This document shows, one piece after another, positions 13,750-30,560 of a DNA stretch of 64,000 bases. Made by a program: the position numbers and the translations under genes. The notes beneath the pieces are model-generated. The model ran no database searches. It worked only from the letters and a program-made list of their open reading frames with translations, and had not been told where the DNA came from. The stretch is from positions 7,904,001 through 7,968,000 of the forward strand of contig CP068257.2 in NCBI GenBank assembly GCA_009914755.4, given 5' to 3'. This DNA is from the human T2T-CHM13v2.0 reference genome, Homo sapiens. Within the stretch, counting starts at the first letter, position 1, and every line of letters begins with the position of its first letter.

Positions 13750-15350
13750 ACACTTTAGAGGCATAGTGGAATGTATATTATTATTAACAAATTAGATAGC
13801 AAAGCATTATATTTGTTATGCTAGAAGACTATGGCTGTGCTAAAAGAATATAATATATGTCAACATTGCCAGACTGGGCACTTCTCACAATATTCCCAAC
13901 CAACAGGAATAAAACTAAAGGTCAGAAAAAAAAAAGTAAATTAAAACAAAATTTTATCACAGCAGAATTTCTTCTCAAAAACAAAAAATGGAAATTAGGC
14001 TATAATTAAAGTAAGTTTTTCAATGGCTTGTTAGCCAAGCAAGGAAAACCATTACCAACAGTAGTTAATTAAATTATGTTTTATTATGGTAACCAAAGAT
14101 GTGTCCATAGAAAATAAACTTTAAAAAAGACTATTAGCCTTTCAGCAAGAGTAATTGCTCTAAAAGTTAAGGACATTGGGAGTAATATCAAGTCATTTTG
14201 GAAAGAAGGGTGAATGATTTTTCATGGTTTTCTTAGGCTTTTGATGGATGAATAGGTGTTACCAGTACTGTTCAGTTGTTACATATTCCAGAAGTCAGTG
14301 CTGAGTTTGAAGTGATTGAAGAATTAGTATTTATGCATAGTCTATGTGAAACAACTACAAGAGAAAATATTTTCAGAAAAGTTGAGCAAACACTAACTTA
14401 GTACAACCTGAAGTGGAATCCGCTAAGATGCGTTACAGTTGATAGTGGCAAAAATAACTGTGGAGCAGAAAGACTTGAGTTGGACAAATTTACAAAGCTT
14501 GTTAAATGTCAGGTGTTTAAAGCCTGATTATTTATTGTATTATTTATTAGCAGGTACTTTGCAGAAAATATTTAAATCTGTCATGTTTTAGTGAACTATT
14601 ATATAATAGTGTCAGCAGTGATTTTGACTTGCATTTGTGGACTTCATCATCATCAAATCCTATGAATTTTTGTTAGATATAGAGGCAGAATATACTGAAT
14701 TGCCATTATACAGAGCAATTTAATGACTTGGCAGTGGTAAAGTTTTATTTCAGTTTTTTGCGCTGAGGAATGAGATTGAAATTTTTCTGAATAATATTGC
14801 CCTCAACTGTTAAGTCAAATGCTTAATAGCTTTGAAAGTTGGCTTTTCCTATAGATTTCATAATATTTTGTAACAAATTCACCTAAAATTACAAGGCAGA
14901 ACAGTGATTATAAGTGAACCTTATACTGTGGTAAGGTCACTTCTACAAGAATAATGAATCATGAAAATCAAGAGAAAGAACAAATAGTAGGAAAATATCT
15001 TCCAATTCCTTTTGGCCCTTCATATTTCCACCTAAACTCATAAGCTTTTAAAAAGATAATTATTATTTATACTTAAAAAGATAATATAGGATAATATTTT
15101 TGTAAAAGAGTTCTTGAGATACAGCACTGAATATAAAGAAAATATTGGAGCATTCAACTACATTTGAGAAATAACTTCTGTTTATTAAAAGATACTGTAA
15201 GAATGAAAGCACAAGCCCTAATGAATATTCCTGTTTGATACTAAACCAAAGCTTGAGAAGTGGTAGTTTCTCAAGTTTTTCAAGTGGTTTGGTGCAATCT
15301 GAAGACTGCAATCCCATCAATGAACTTTATATCTTTACCCTTTAAAATTA
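13750..15350 (+). mobile_element. Possible hAT-type DNA transposon remnant (very tentative)
   Basis: AT-rich segment whose + frames contain ..CVTVDSGKNNCGAERL.., reminiscent of the hAT transposase motif ..TTDGAPaMxG..; no terminal repeats identified. Confidence 0.25.
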
Positions 15351-15360
15351 TAATTTATGG

Positions 15361-15642
15361 GCTGGGCGCAGTGGTTCACGCCTGTAATCCCAGCACTTTG
15401 GGAGGCTGAAGCGGGTGGATCACGAGGTCAGGAGCTCAAGACCAGCCTGGCCAAGATTGTGAAACCCCGTCTCTACTAAAAATACAAAAATTAGCCTGGC
15501 ATTATAGCAGTCACCTGCAATCCCACCTATGGGGGAGGCCAAGACAGAGAATCGCTTGAATCCAGGAGGTGGAGGTTGCAATGAGCCGAGATTGTGCCAC
15601 TGCACTCCAGCGTGGGTGACAGAGTGAGACTCCATCTCAGAC

Positions 15643-15658
<16 letters not shown>
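15361..15658 (+). mobile_element. Alu SINE, sense
   Basis: GGCTGGGCGCAGTGGTTCACGCCTGTAATCCCAGCACTTTGGGAGGCTGAAGCGGGTGGATCACGAGGTCAGGAG ... GACTCCATCTCAGAC + A17. Confidence 0.9.

Positions 15659-15708
<50 letters not shown>
15659..15708. repeat. (AT)n dinucleotide repeat, ~25 units, abutting Alu poly-A
   Basis: ATATATAT... continuous for ~50 nt. Confidence 0.95.
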
Positions 15709-15715
<7 letters not shown>

Positions 15716-15833
15716 GACTACCTTGCAATTTCAGGGGATCTTTTACCCATATATGATTTTATTAGATTACTAAGTGGTCTTTGGAAAATATTGATTCACT
15801 GAGGGATCCAGATATTCCAACTATTGATACGGT

Positions 15834-16120
15834 TGTTTTTGTTTGTTTGTTTTGTTTTGTTTGAGACAGAATCTCACTCTGTTGCCCAGGCTGGAATGCA
15901 GTGGTGAGATCTCAGCTCACTTCCATCTCCTGGGTTCAGGTGATGCTCATGCCTCAGCCTCCTGAGTAGCTGGGACTATAGGCATGCACCACCAGGCCCA
16001 GCTAATTTTCATATTTTTAGTAGAGATGGGGTTTCACTATGTTGGCTAGGCTGGTCTTGAACTCCTGACCTCCAGTGATCCCAAAGTGCTGGGATTACAA
16101 GTGTGAGCCACCTTACCTAG
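15834..16120 (-). mobile_element. Alu SINE, antisense, with internal deletion
   Basis: (GTTTT)n-rich head + GAGACAGAATCTCACTCTGTTGCCCAGGCTGGAATGCAGTGG ... GGGATTACAAGTGTGAGCCACCTTACCTAG. Confidence 0.85.
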
Positions 16121-17344
16121 TCCTACATATTTTTAATAAATAACAAAATTCACATTTGTTATAATCGACTGATCTCATCAGAAAAGTCTTTAAGTATTGG
16201 AATCAGTTAAGCTTACATTGTTGGTTGTAAGTTTTTCAAATCTTCTTATTGTCCACTCATGTTCTAAGTTGTTTTCCTTGAAGTGACAGGCTCACTTTAT
16301 TCATTTTTGAAGAAATATGTCAGAAAATCAAGTTTTAATAATTGTGGTTTGTTAGTTGTTCTTACATGTAAAAACAGTGTTCCATGAAAAAGCAGTTATT
16401 TCAGTTTATAAATCACATGATCACAAATTCTTTCCTCAAGAAAAACTATGGTGTAACAATTATTTTATGCTTTATTTCTCGTTTTGTCACATAGATAATT
16501 AAAAGATGTGTATTCATGGATCAAGACTTAAAACATTAAAGATTTTTGCTGCTTCATCAGTGATATTCTCAATGATACTCTACATTATTTTTACTGTAGT
16601 TGTAGTGCTAGTTGAGAATGTGACAACTTCTAATACAGCTTGGTGCCAGCTGCCTTCAGTTTTGGAAATGCATCAACAGTATTACCCACCATAGCTTTTG
16701 CACCATGTAACAATTTTTGCTTCAATTGTTAAACATTATTTTGGAAACTCAAGGAACAGTAAAGTCTGTTTTATTGCCCATATTTTTACTATTTGTTTGT
16801 TCTTTCTTCCTTCAGGATGTTCTGAGAATCCTTCTTTTTATCATTCTCCTTTCTGGTTCAATAACTTTTCTCACTATTCTTTTGGTGTAGTTTTGTCTCA
16901 TGACTAATTTTTAGTTCTCATTCATCTCACAATTTCTTGATTTCCCTTTCATTACTAATGGATGTTTTTGCTGGATATAGAATTCTTTGTTGTCGGTTCT
17001 TTTAGGACTTGCAAAAATGTTATGCTGCTTTGTTCTGGCCTCCATGGTTTCAGGTGAGAAATCTGCTGTCATTTGAGTTGTTTTTCATCTGTGGATAAGG
17101 TGTCATTTCTCTTATTTATCTCAAGGTTTTTAAGTTTAGTCATTAGTTTTCAGAAGTTTATGATATATATTAGCATTGATTTATTTGTGTGTATCCTCTT
17201 AGGATTTATTCAATTTCTTGAATCTGTGGGTCTTCGAATAATTGTTCAGCTGCATCATGTTCCTTTTCTGAGACTCCAGTGACAGGAATGTTGCATCATT
17301 TATTATATTCCCACAAGTGTCTTTAATGCCTTTTTTTAAAAAAA

Positions 17345-17648
17345 ATATGTATTTATTTGTTTATTTATTGTCAGAGTTTTGCTCTTTTGCCCAGGCTGGA
17401 GTGAAGTGGTACGATCTCAGCTCACTGCAGCCTCCACCCCTGGGTCTAAGTGATTCTCCTGCCTCAGCCTCCTGAGTAGCTGGAATTATAGGTGTGTGTC
17501 ACCATGCCCAGCTAATTTTTGTATTTTTATTAGAGACAGGGTTTTGCCATGTTGGCCAGGCTGGTCTTGAACTCCTCACCTGAGGTGATCCACCCATCTC
17601 GGCCTCCCAAAGTGCTAGGATTACAGGCCTGAGTGACCGCACCTGGCC
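17345..17648 (-). mobile_element. Alu SINE, antisense
   Basis: CAGAGTTTTGCTCTTTTGCCCAGGCTGGAGTGAAGTGGTACGATCTCAGCTCACTGCAGCC ... CAGGCCTGAGTGACCGCACCTGGCC. Confidence 0.9.
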
Positions 17649-17790
17649 ACTGTTTTGTTTTTTTTTTTAATCAGTTCATTTTCTTCTCTAGGTTGGGTAA
17701 TCTCTCCCATTTTGTTGTTCAGTTTAGTTTGTATTTTATTATTGCTAGCATATTTTTTAATTTTCAACTTGGTATTTGTTTCTTTCTTGA

Positions 17791-18144
<354 letters not shown>

Positions 18145-19900
18145 TGTAATTGCTTGTTGAAGCAGTTTTATAATATATAGTTTAAAATCTTTGATAGATA
18201 ATTATGACCTCTATGAATTCTCATTGTTTGCATCTTTTGACTATATTTTCAAATTCCTCTTCAGATTTTCGTGGTTCTTAGTATGGTATGACATGTTATA
18301 TTTGATTGAATCGTTTGCATTTTAAGTGTTGTGTTATGAAGCTCTGCATTTTATTTAAATCCCCGCTTTTAGTAGGATTTATCTGAAACTTTGCTTTTGG
18401 GGTGGAGGTGGGGCACAGCCTTGTTACTACTCCAGGTATATGTGAAGATTCCAGTTTCATAGTAGGCCTTTGTTGACTCATTGATGGAGACGTGCACCTA
18501 GTAAATGCTGAGTAGGAATGAAAACTCTGGACTTGCATTATACCTTTGTGAATACCACCCTGGCTCAAAAGGTTCCTGCTTTTCACTTGGCCTCCACTGA
18601 CACTGGGATGGAGGGGTGGTTAAGTTATCACTGGGCAGTGCTTTGAGTTTGGATTCTCCAGTAGGCCTCTCCTGTCATATCTCTGTAGAGGGAGGGATAG
18701 GGATATGTCCTTATCATTGGGTGGGTGTTGAACTCAGGCTCCGCACTTTTTTTCCACCCACACTCTAGAGGGAGGAAGCCGCGTTACTGCTCAGTGGGTA
18801 TGAGTGTCCTGTGTCCCCACTTGGCCTGCTGTGGTATCATGTTGTCTGTGGGTAGGAGTGGGGAATGGCTTACTATGTCCTCCTTTTAAGTCTTTGCAAA
18901 AGGTATATGGCTTGGGGTTTTATTTGTTCCCTTTGGCTTAAACTGGTTGGTTGTTGTCTGTGAGTTTTTTTTTTTTTTCTTGGTAGCTGGCCGCTTCCCT
19001 GCTTTTTTGACAAGAGACAGTAGAATTTTCTTGGAGTTTTATGTATGTGTGTGCCTGTTGGTGTTTCTGAGTTGTCTGCTTCTCTAGCAACTTTTCTTGT
19101 ATACATGAGTCAGAAAGGAAACCTAGGGAATTCATCCTCTTGTGTTTCTTGGCACCTGAGGCCAAGAATCGGTCTGCCCTCCCTCTACATTTTGTTGTCT
19201 TCCTTTGTTTGTCTTATGTATCACGGCCAAGGGTTTTTAAAGCTGTATTTAGTGGAAAGAACAGGGAAAATTACATTTTCTGCATTTTGTCTGGAAGTGG
19301 AAGTCTGCATTCATTTTTGCCTTTTTTTCCCTGAATATAGAGTTCTGGGATGATTATGTTTTTCTTCTTCAAGCATTTAAAAGATGTTGCATTGTTTCCT
19401 GTCTTCCATGGTTTCTAATGAGAAGTCAGGTGTGGCGTCAGTAGTATCATTATTCCCATGTATATAATAATGTTTTGATATTCTCTGGCTGCTTTCAGGA
19501 TTTTCTCTTTATCTTTGGTTTTCAGCAGTCTGACTATGATGTGCCTAGGTGTGGTTTTCTTTGTGTTCATCCTGCTTGGGGGTTGCTGAGCTTCTTGAAA
19601 GTGTAAGTTGATATTTTTCACCAAATTTGTGAAAAGCTTGACTTTTATTTCTTATTCTTTTTCTGTCTCATTTCTCTCTCCTCTTCCTCTGTAACTCTAA
19701 TTACATGAATGTTAGTATATTTGATATTTTGTAGGTTACTGAGGGTCTGTTCTTCTTCTTCCCAGTGTTTTTACTTTTAGTTCCTCAGAATAGATACACT
19801 ATTCATGTATTTTCAAGGAGATGGACCAATTTTCTACCAATCTCTTGTTAAGCCCATCCACTAAAATTTTCATTGAAATTACTATACTTATTAGTTGTAG

Positions 19901-20200
<300 letters not shown>

Positions 20201-21420
20201 TGAAACTCTATTTAAATATAGATTTTAGCCAATGATATTCCGCTTTTTTTCCAAGGGTAAAATGTCCTCCCATTCCAGCCAGTTTTTGGTTATTTACAGG
20301 TAACTTCAATTAGTTAGCTTTTACATTTTCTTCAGATTTGAGACATTTTAGGAAAGTTATTCTGATATTAGTCCCTATGCTGTTACCCAATAAATGAATA
20401 AATTTATGTGTGAGAGTCATTGTTTTGTTAAGGTATATTTTGCATACACTATAATTCACCCTTTCTAAGGTGTGTATTGAATGTGATTTGGTAAATATGA
20501 ACAGTCATGTAATTACCATCACAGTCAAGATACAGAATAGACCCTTTACCCATAAATTCGCTCATGACCTTTTGAAGTTACTGCCTACCTCCCACTCCAG
20601 CTCCTGGCAATCACCGATCTGTTGCTTTCCTATAGTTTTGCCTTTTCTAGACTAATATATGAATGGAACCATACAGTATAGAATCTTTTCCGTCTGCCTT
20701 TTTTTACTTAGCATAATGGTTTTGAGATTGGTCCATTCACTAGCTTACAGTTAAGTTTCGTTCAATTTTTGGCCAGTATATAAAGCTGCTGTGAGCATTT
20801 ATGTAACATGCTTTGTTGTAGATGTATCTTTTCATGTTTCTTGGGTAAATACCTAGGACTGGAATTTCTGACTTGTTGGAAATAATATTCTTAACTTTGG
20901 AAAACAGTTTCACAGTTTCTTAAAAAGTGTCTGTATACTTTTCCATTTCTAGAGATCTGAGAGTTCCATTTGCTGTACATTGTTGCCAGCACAGGATATT
21001 GCCACTGTTTCTAAATTTTAGCCATCTGGTTGGCATTTAGTGACAATTTATTGTGGGTTTGATTTTGCATTCTCTGATGATTAATTAGATTGAGCCTCTT
21101 TTTATGTCTTTTTTTGCCATTTGTGTATCTTTGGTGACATGTCTGTTAAAGTATTTTGTCTCTACCACCATTTTTTTCCAGTTGATTTGCTTGTCATCTT
21201 CTTGAGTTGTAAGATTTTTTTATATATATTATTTACACAAGTCAGTTATTGGAGATGCATTTTATAAATATTTTTGCCTAATGTGTGACTTGTTTTCATT
21301 TATTTAGCAATGTTTATTGAACAGCAGAGGGTTCCATTTTGATGACATTTGTCATTTGTTAATTTTTTGGAAGTTGAAAAAATTAGGCTCTTTATGCTTT
21401 ATTAAAAATCTTTGCTTGCC
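20201..21420 (+). mobile_element. Old L1 3' end (3' UTR region), sense
   Basis: ACCATCACAGTCAAGATACAGAATAGACCCTTTACCCATAAATTCGCTCATGACCTTTTGAAGTTACTGCCTACCTCCCACTCCAGCTCCTGGCAATCACCGATCTGTTGCTTTCCTATAGTTTTGCCTTTTCTAGA..GAATGGAACCATACAGTATAGAATCTTTTCCGTCTGCCTTTTTTTACTTAGCATAATGGTTTTGAGATTGGTCCAT is characteristic L1M/L1P 3' UTR. Confidence 0.55.
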
Positions 21421-23095
21421 ACAGTGTTACTTGTAGGTTTAAAAAATCCATTTATGGTTAAATTACACATGATAAGAGAATACGAGATAAGATTCATGTT
21501 TCTTTGTTTTCCATATGAATTATTTGGCAGTTCCAGCATCATTCTAAAAGATTATTTATTGCTCTCTTGAATTATCTTGGCCCCTTGGTCAAAAACTAAT
21601 TGAATATGGGAAAGTTTGCCTATTTCTGTATTTTCTGTTCTTCTGACTTATTTGTCTCTCCTTTTACCAAAACCAAACATAAAAAAGATTTTTTTTTCAA
21701 AATCATGAGTTGATATTTATGTTTTCAGTTTAATTCAATAGCAAAATTACATATCTTTAAAACAATTTTATACCTGTAGCTAAGCTATAGTTGTATATTT
21801 TCTTTTAATATCATCTTTCCTATAACTGAAAAAGTCATTAAAAGAAGAAAAGATTATTGTTTTGTTTCAATTTCAAAGTAATCAAAACTAAGTGTACTAG
21901 TATTAAATAGTTAAAGCTAGTAGATCAATAATGAAATTTAATGTTATTGCTTTTTGCTATCTTTTTTGAGTTTACTAGTGATGTAAAAGATTTGAGTTAT
22001 TTGCTGTGATTATATAAATACTCTTTTGATGCATAATTCAGCTGTTAACATCATGTTAATTTGTGGCATTAATAATTTTACTGATAGCCCTTCTGTGATT
22101 CTGATTTTTGGTAGTGGTTTTTACCTGGTAAGTAACGTTTTGTCAGCTGGCAGGTACTGGAAATCTGCTTTATCACTTCTTTTTTAAGAAAAGTGGAAAA
22201 CACAAAGAGTTTGTTCACCAAAGTTATATTTCAAGGATTCCATTCGACCAGAATCTGGTTCACCTTATTAACTTAACTTGGGGGTATATGTACTAGATTT
22301 TTACATACATCTGTTTGGAGAAACTTGTTTTATCTGTGTAATGTTTGTAAGACCAGAAGTTCTTTTACTGTTCTTGAAATAAAACTTTTAAGAAGCTGAG
22401 TATACTTCTGTTAGTTTCAAATATGGACTATAATTACACCAAGGTTTTGGACTAAAGAGGAAGCAAATAATCTGTTCTTATGTTCTTAAAAGACATGATT
22501 TAAGTGTATCCAACTAGATTCTTAGTGTGTCTGTGTTTACTCCTACTCAAATGAAAGCTTTTAAAATTTTTCCCACTTTTTGAAGTATTTAACTCTTCTG
22601 TAATATGCAGTGTCTTCTTATTAACTTTAAAGTTGTGTTAAGCAAATATGTTTAAACTAATATTTCAATTTCAAAAACCCTAATTTGAAACAATAAATTT
22701 TATCATTGTATACATTATGAGCTTTTAAGAATAACCAAAAAAATGGGGGTGGATGTTTTATGTGGAAGTTATGTGTATCCCTTTTCTGCTTTTGGCTGAG
22801 GACAGATATCTTAGAATTAGCTTTATGATGCATTCATCTATCTGATTATTTCAGTTAATATCATCTTAATATAATACAGGTTACTTGAGAAGAAAAACTC
22901 TTAACCCAGTATTGGAGAGATGCCAGGTAGGATACTAACCTTGATATAGGATTTCATGTGAGAAAGAAAAAGGAAAATATTTTCCATTAAAAGTTGAGTT
23001 TTTATCTAAAATTCTCTTAATTTTCTAAAAAAACTTAATTTTTCTAAAAATATGTTGAAGAATTATATATAAAATTCACTTTGCTATATATATAG

Positions 23096-23144
23096 CTATA
23101 TATAGAGAGAGAGCTATATAGCTCTCTCTCTATATATATAGAGC
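23096..23144. repeat. Near-perfect ~46-bp palindrome built from (TA)n and (GA)n/(CT)n
   Basis: CTATATATAGAGAGAGAGCTATATAGCTCTCTCTCTATATATAG is its own reverse complement around the centre GCTATATAGC. Confidence 0.85.
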
Positions 23145-23537
23145 AAGTGAATAATAGGTACACATTTCTAGGAATACCCCAAATATTAGAACCTACATAC
23201 TAAAATCACATCAGGAAACAAATAATAGTGCCCCAGACATTCCATTCAAGCCTCCTGCTGGTTACTATTCCTAACTCCCCAGCGACATGCACTATCATCT
23301 AGTAACAACATAGATGAGTCTTGCCTATGTTTGTACTTTGCGTAATTGGCTTCGTACTTTGTATAATTGAGCTACTAAGTACTGTTTTCTGTCATCTTTC
23401 AGGTATATATTTGTGAGATAAATCCAAATTGTTCCTTCCAGTCATTTATTTTTCTCATTGATATATAGTATTCTGTTGTTAAGAGTACTATAATTTATTT
23501 ATTTTACCATTGGTCATTTTGAGGACTTTCAATTTGA

Positions 23538-23953
<416 letters not shown>

Positions 23954-24132
23954 ATTATATGTTATTTTCTTACAACCTAAATAAAAACCATTATGTAAAC
24001 AAGACAAAATACTCAGTACATTTCCATAGTCGATGAATTTGTCTTTATTATTTGTATATAAATAATTATGAACTCCTTGAGTTCAGTTCCTTTTTCATTT
24101 CCTGACTCTATGGACTTGAACAAGGAATTTAA

Positions 24133-24531
<399 letters not shown>

Positions 24532-25295
24532 TAAAGTAATTCTTATAAAGTACTTGGCTTAGCTGCTGGCAAATAATAATGCTTACTGATTCTTGCATAT
24601 TACCCATAGTTTATTGGCTAACTTTATGTCTTCCTTAAATTATGAAATTCTATAAAGTATCCTTGTCTATTTTAAAATTATACTCATTTTTATAACTTAC
24701 ATGCTTTATTTGTATATATCCAGGATACTAGATATTTGCAATCCAAATTGGAGATTACTTTTTGTCATTTTTTTTTTCTGTAATGTGTGTTCTCACCACA
24801 TAGAAGTTTTTACATTTTTATGTAGTCAGATTTATTCATGTTTTTATTTATGGTTATGTTAAAGATTATAGCTATTAGGGACCTATTTCTTCAGGGTTTA
24901 TAATTTGTGTATGTTGTTACAAATAGAGAAATTATTTTTTCTTTGACCCAATAGGTAGAGGGCACTTTTGTGGACTCAGAAATCTTGCCTCTCCTATTTT
25001 ATTTTAGGAAAATTTCTGAGATTCTGCCTCCTCATTTCCAAGCCAGAGTTTAAAATATTTACATTTTTACTTCATAGTGTTAAGACATTGTGTAATGTAA
25101 GTATAATGTGTAAAAAAAAATCTTAAAAATCTAATAGTGATTTGGCAGAGACCAAAGCATGGAGGGCCTTGAAATGCTGCTGCTCTATTTGTTATCTATT
25201 ATTATAAAGCAATTATCATAAAATTAATATCTTAAAACAGCACCCATTTACTTAGGTCAGAACTCAGGGCAGGCTCAACTGTGCTCTCTGTTTAA

Positions 25296-25727
<432 letters not shown>

Positions 25728-27569
25728 CTGAGCTCACCATTTTCTTACTGCCTATTGGCTTGGGTCACACTCAGTTCCTAGAGGCCACTCCTTGGTTTTT
25801 GCTCCTGGCTCTTTTTATCTTCAAAGATAGCAACAGTGTATTGAAATGTTCCCTTGCTATGAATTTCCCTTTTGCTACTAGCTGGAGAAAACTCCGCTTT
25901 CAAAGAGGTTATTTGATTAGATTAGGCAAATCTCTCTTTTGATTAATTCAAAGGCAGTTGATTGGTGGCTTCAATCACATCTGCAGAATTCCTTTGCCAT
26001 ATAATATATTAATGGCATTATCCTTGCCATGATATTTCATCATATTTACAGCCTCTGTATTAGGGTAGGAAATTTGGTGGGGTTGGTGGTATGCGGGCAT
26101 TTTAGAATACTGCCTACCACACATTCTGTATTGAGGGGTTTGCGTGTGATTCAGAATATATTTGTATTCCTTTAGAAAGATTGCTGTGGCAGCAGGGAGG
26201 AGGATGTGGCAGAAAGGAAAGATACTGGCAGGAGAAAAATCCCACTCTTAGCAGTCTCCATTTTGATTTTGTAATGTCGTTTGATGTTATTTTTTTAGCA
26301 GATGTTTCAATCAGAAATGTGTGTTTAATAGTATGCCAACTAGAATGATTAGCCTGGACCAGAACAAGAGTCATGAGTCAGTCATTGAACTGTTCATTAC
26401 TTCAGGTCAATTCATATACAGAATAATTTCATAGATTAGGTTTTATTTCAGTCAGCTTTATTTCATTTTCTAAAGCGAACAGTTGTTTAAATCTCGGATC
26501 TCATTAACAGCATTTTAATAAACACAGTATTAGGGTGGGTTTACTTACCTAGATTGCGAATCTCATGGATTATATATTGATTCTTATAGGCTTAATTTTT
26601 GAATCGGGCATTATTTATTGTAATTCTTTAGTCTTACAGTTTTGCATGTTTGAAGCTATATTTTTTCCTCTGAATACCACATTTGCCATGTCTCAGAGAT
26701 TTTTTTGATGTTTCTTAATCATTTAAAAATAATACATGATTTTTCTTCTTGATTGAAACTCTGCCATTATATAGAAAGGACTTTTAAATTTTGCCAGTGG
26801 ATAGATTTGGGAGTTTATCCTTATATTGTGAATTTCTAATTTTTATTGTATTAGTTCTAGGGACGCATCTGCTTTTACTGGATATAACCTAGGAAATACC
26901 TGCTTTTTAAAATCTTTGGACATTTCCTTGTGACCATACATGTGAATTTTTTTTGAAAATTCTATGTACATTTGAATAGAATGTTTTCTCTATTTTTGGA
27001 ATTCAGAGATCTGTGTGTATTTTATGTGTCTGTTTGAATGAAACCCGATCATTTCTATTATTTATTTCATATCTACTTAATATCCTGATTTGAGAGCTAT
27101 GTTAAAGTCTAATCTATGCATGTTATTTCTACTCAGCTTTACTTTCTATATGTGACATATATTTATTAGGTGTATAAACTTTAATGACTATGGCTTCTTT
27201 TGGAATTTACACTGTAACATAAAACTTATGTTATTATGAATTATTATCTTTGACTTATTCACTGCTTTTTAAATTCTGTTTCTTTGCAATTATTGCTATA
27301 CCTGCATTTTTTTGGATAGCGTTTGTGTTTTTTCCCCTCAAGTCTGTTTTTGAATTGTGTATGTCACTGTGCATTGTGCATATGTATGAATATATATATA
27401 TAGATATAGATATAGATATATAGCTGCTCCTGTGTTGCTGTAAAGAAATACCTGTCGCTGGGTAATTGATAACAAAAAGAGGCTTAATTGGCTCACAATT
27501 CTGCAGACAGTACAGGAAGTGTGGTGCTGGCATCTGCTTCTGGTGAGGGCTTCAAGAAGTTTGAAATCA

Positions 27570-27881
<312 letters not shown>

Positions 27882-29254
27882 TCACTCGTTATCGCAAGGA
27901 CAGCACCAAGCCATGAGGGATTTGCCCCCATGACCCAAAAACCTCCCATAAGGCCCCACCTCCAACATCGGGGATTACATTTCAACATGAAATTTTGTTG
28001 GGGACAAATATCGAAAGTATTCATTTTATATTATATATGTGTACACACACACACATACATAAATGAAATCTGTAGTATAGTTACATGTAAAATATGTGTA
28101 TGTGTTAAGTAGTATATTTTGCATATTTTGAAAGTTGCTGTCTTTTACTAGAGAATTTAACCTATTTACATTTGCTATCCATGGACTTGAATGTTAGCTT
28201 AACAGACATTAAAATTTTGGTTTTAAATAATTTTTTATAGACCTAGGAAAATAATGATTTTTTGGGGGTTTCTTTTTAATTCAGTATTGGTAATGAGAAC
28301 TGATGCCCGATTCTTCTTTTTTTGTAATGATCTGTTTTCTTTTTTATGTGGCTCCAAGAATTTTCCTTTTATCATTGTTATTTCAAACTTTCTGGGAAGT
28401 TTTTACCTGAAGCTGCCATTCAGGGAGTTTAAGGAGGCATTGTTACAGATCAAGAGTGAGTATTTTTGTAGGGATATAGAGATAAGTGGAACAGTGATAA
28501 TGACTCTTTGGGTTTTAGGTTCCTCATCTGTTGAATGAGGATTATGCTTAATTAAATGTTAGCTTTTATTATTAGATATAAACATAATTTTCCTTTAGAA
28601 TTTTGGTGATTATAATCCCTCCTATTTTCTCCCTTTCTGGTACTCATATAAAACAGACGTTGCACCTTCTGGATCAGATTTTCGTGTCATTCTGCCTCTT
28701 TCTCTTGCTTTCCATCTTTGTTCTTTATTACTGCATCCTGGGAGAATCCTAGTTGCCTAACACTAAAAACAGATTGGTGAAGATTAAAAACAAATTTGGA
28801 GCATGGGGATCCTTACAATATTTATTAGAGCACGTAGCCTAAAACCATTGCTATAGCTGGTACAGAATTAATACTGGATAATTAATTAAATGAACTGTGG
28901 AATATTTAACTTCTTGGTATTTTTTTATGATACAACTTTAATCTCAGAAATTTTGTTCATTCTGTTGTGTTTTATAGATACATTTTGACAGATTATTTCA
29001 ATCTATTAAATAAAAGTTTTGAAAATTCCTCAGACTCATTCTTCAAATTGGTAATATGAGTTCTCACTGAGTTTTTGTTATTATGTTCTTGGATTAATAT
29101 GGGAAAATATTATTATAACATGTTGCTTTTTTCCTTTTCTTACTCCCTGTCTTTTCAATGATGAATAAAAGTAAAAAGAAAAAATGCTGTCTAGGAATTT
29201 TCATTATTGATTCAAATAAACCGTTTAGTTGATAAACCATTTAAGGGCTTTTTT

Positions 29255-29668
<414 letters not shown>

Positions 29669-30560
29669 TAAGAGTGTTGACATTTGAGAAGTTCCCTGTA
29701 GAAATCCATTCTTTGATATTGTCTATGATTTTACAAGTACTTTTTATTTGGTTTAGGAAGATACATTCCAGACTGTGTATATATAGTAAACATTTTCTTT
29801 TAATGCCGAGTGCTCTTCATTAGCTATTTAATTGTACCATATGGGTTTGAAGCGTTCCCCTAAATGTAGTGTTTTATTTTCCTTCTTTTATTCACTGATA
29901 TCTTTATATGATATTGTAAATTAGTACGTTAGATATATTCCAGTACTTTTCATAATAGTTTAGCTAATATAATATTTTTCATTGCAGATATGATTAAGAG
30001 AACATATTGGTGTTTCTAAAATGAGAAAGACATTGAGAAGCTGGTCAATTTAAATTATTTTCTGTTATTATATACTTACCTCTCATTATATTTTATCTGC
30101 CAAGATTATTTTTAGTGCAAAAGGCTTCTGCAAAACTTGCCATATAGTATCAAAATAAGCGATTTTAGATTTTAACAATTTAGCAGAAATTAGTTATGTT
30201 AATGAGTTGTTATAAACATTTTTCAACAGATTGATTGTACTTTTTCTTTCGACATTTACGTGACCTTTCTCTTTGGACATTTAGACTACCAAGGTGTTGT
30301 ATTTGCAGTTAATTCTGGGTTCTGTTAATGCACTAAACATATTTAGATACCTTGGGAGTTACAATATAAAAAATTACCTGTTTTGTAAAAGCTGGTTATT
30401 ACACTTTATCAATGAAGACAAATATTTTTTTGTGTTTCTAATGCATTAATACCCTTGAGTGCCAAAATAGCACCGAAATGTTATTCTGTATACTTATAAA
30501 TATTATATAAAATTAAAGTGTCACAACAGTAATTAGTGTTTATGAGTTATTTAGAAGCTT

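Noticed and set aside
19415-19624. Minus ORF ..TPRHIIVRLLKTKDKEKILKAAREYQNI..
   Set aside because: L1 ORF1p C-terminal remnant inside an old truncated L1. Other L1-derived ORFs are 58648-58830 (-) and 45703-45900 (+).
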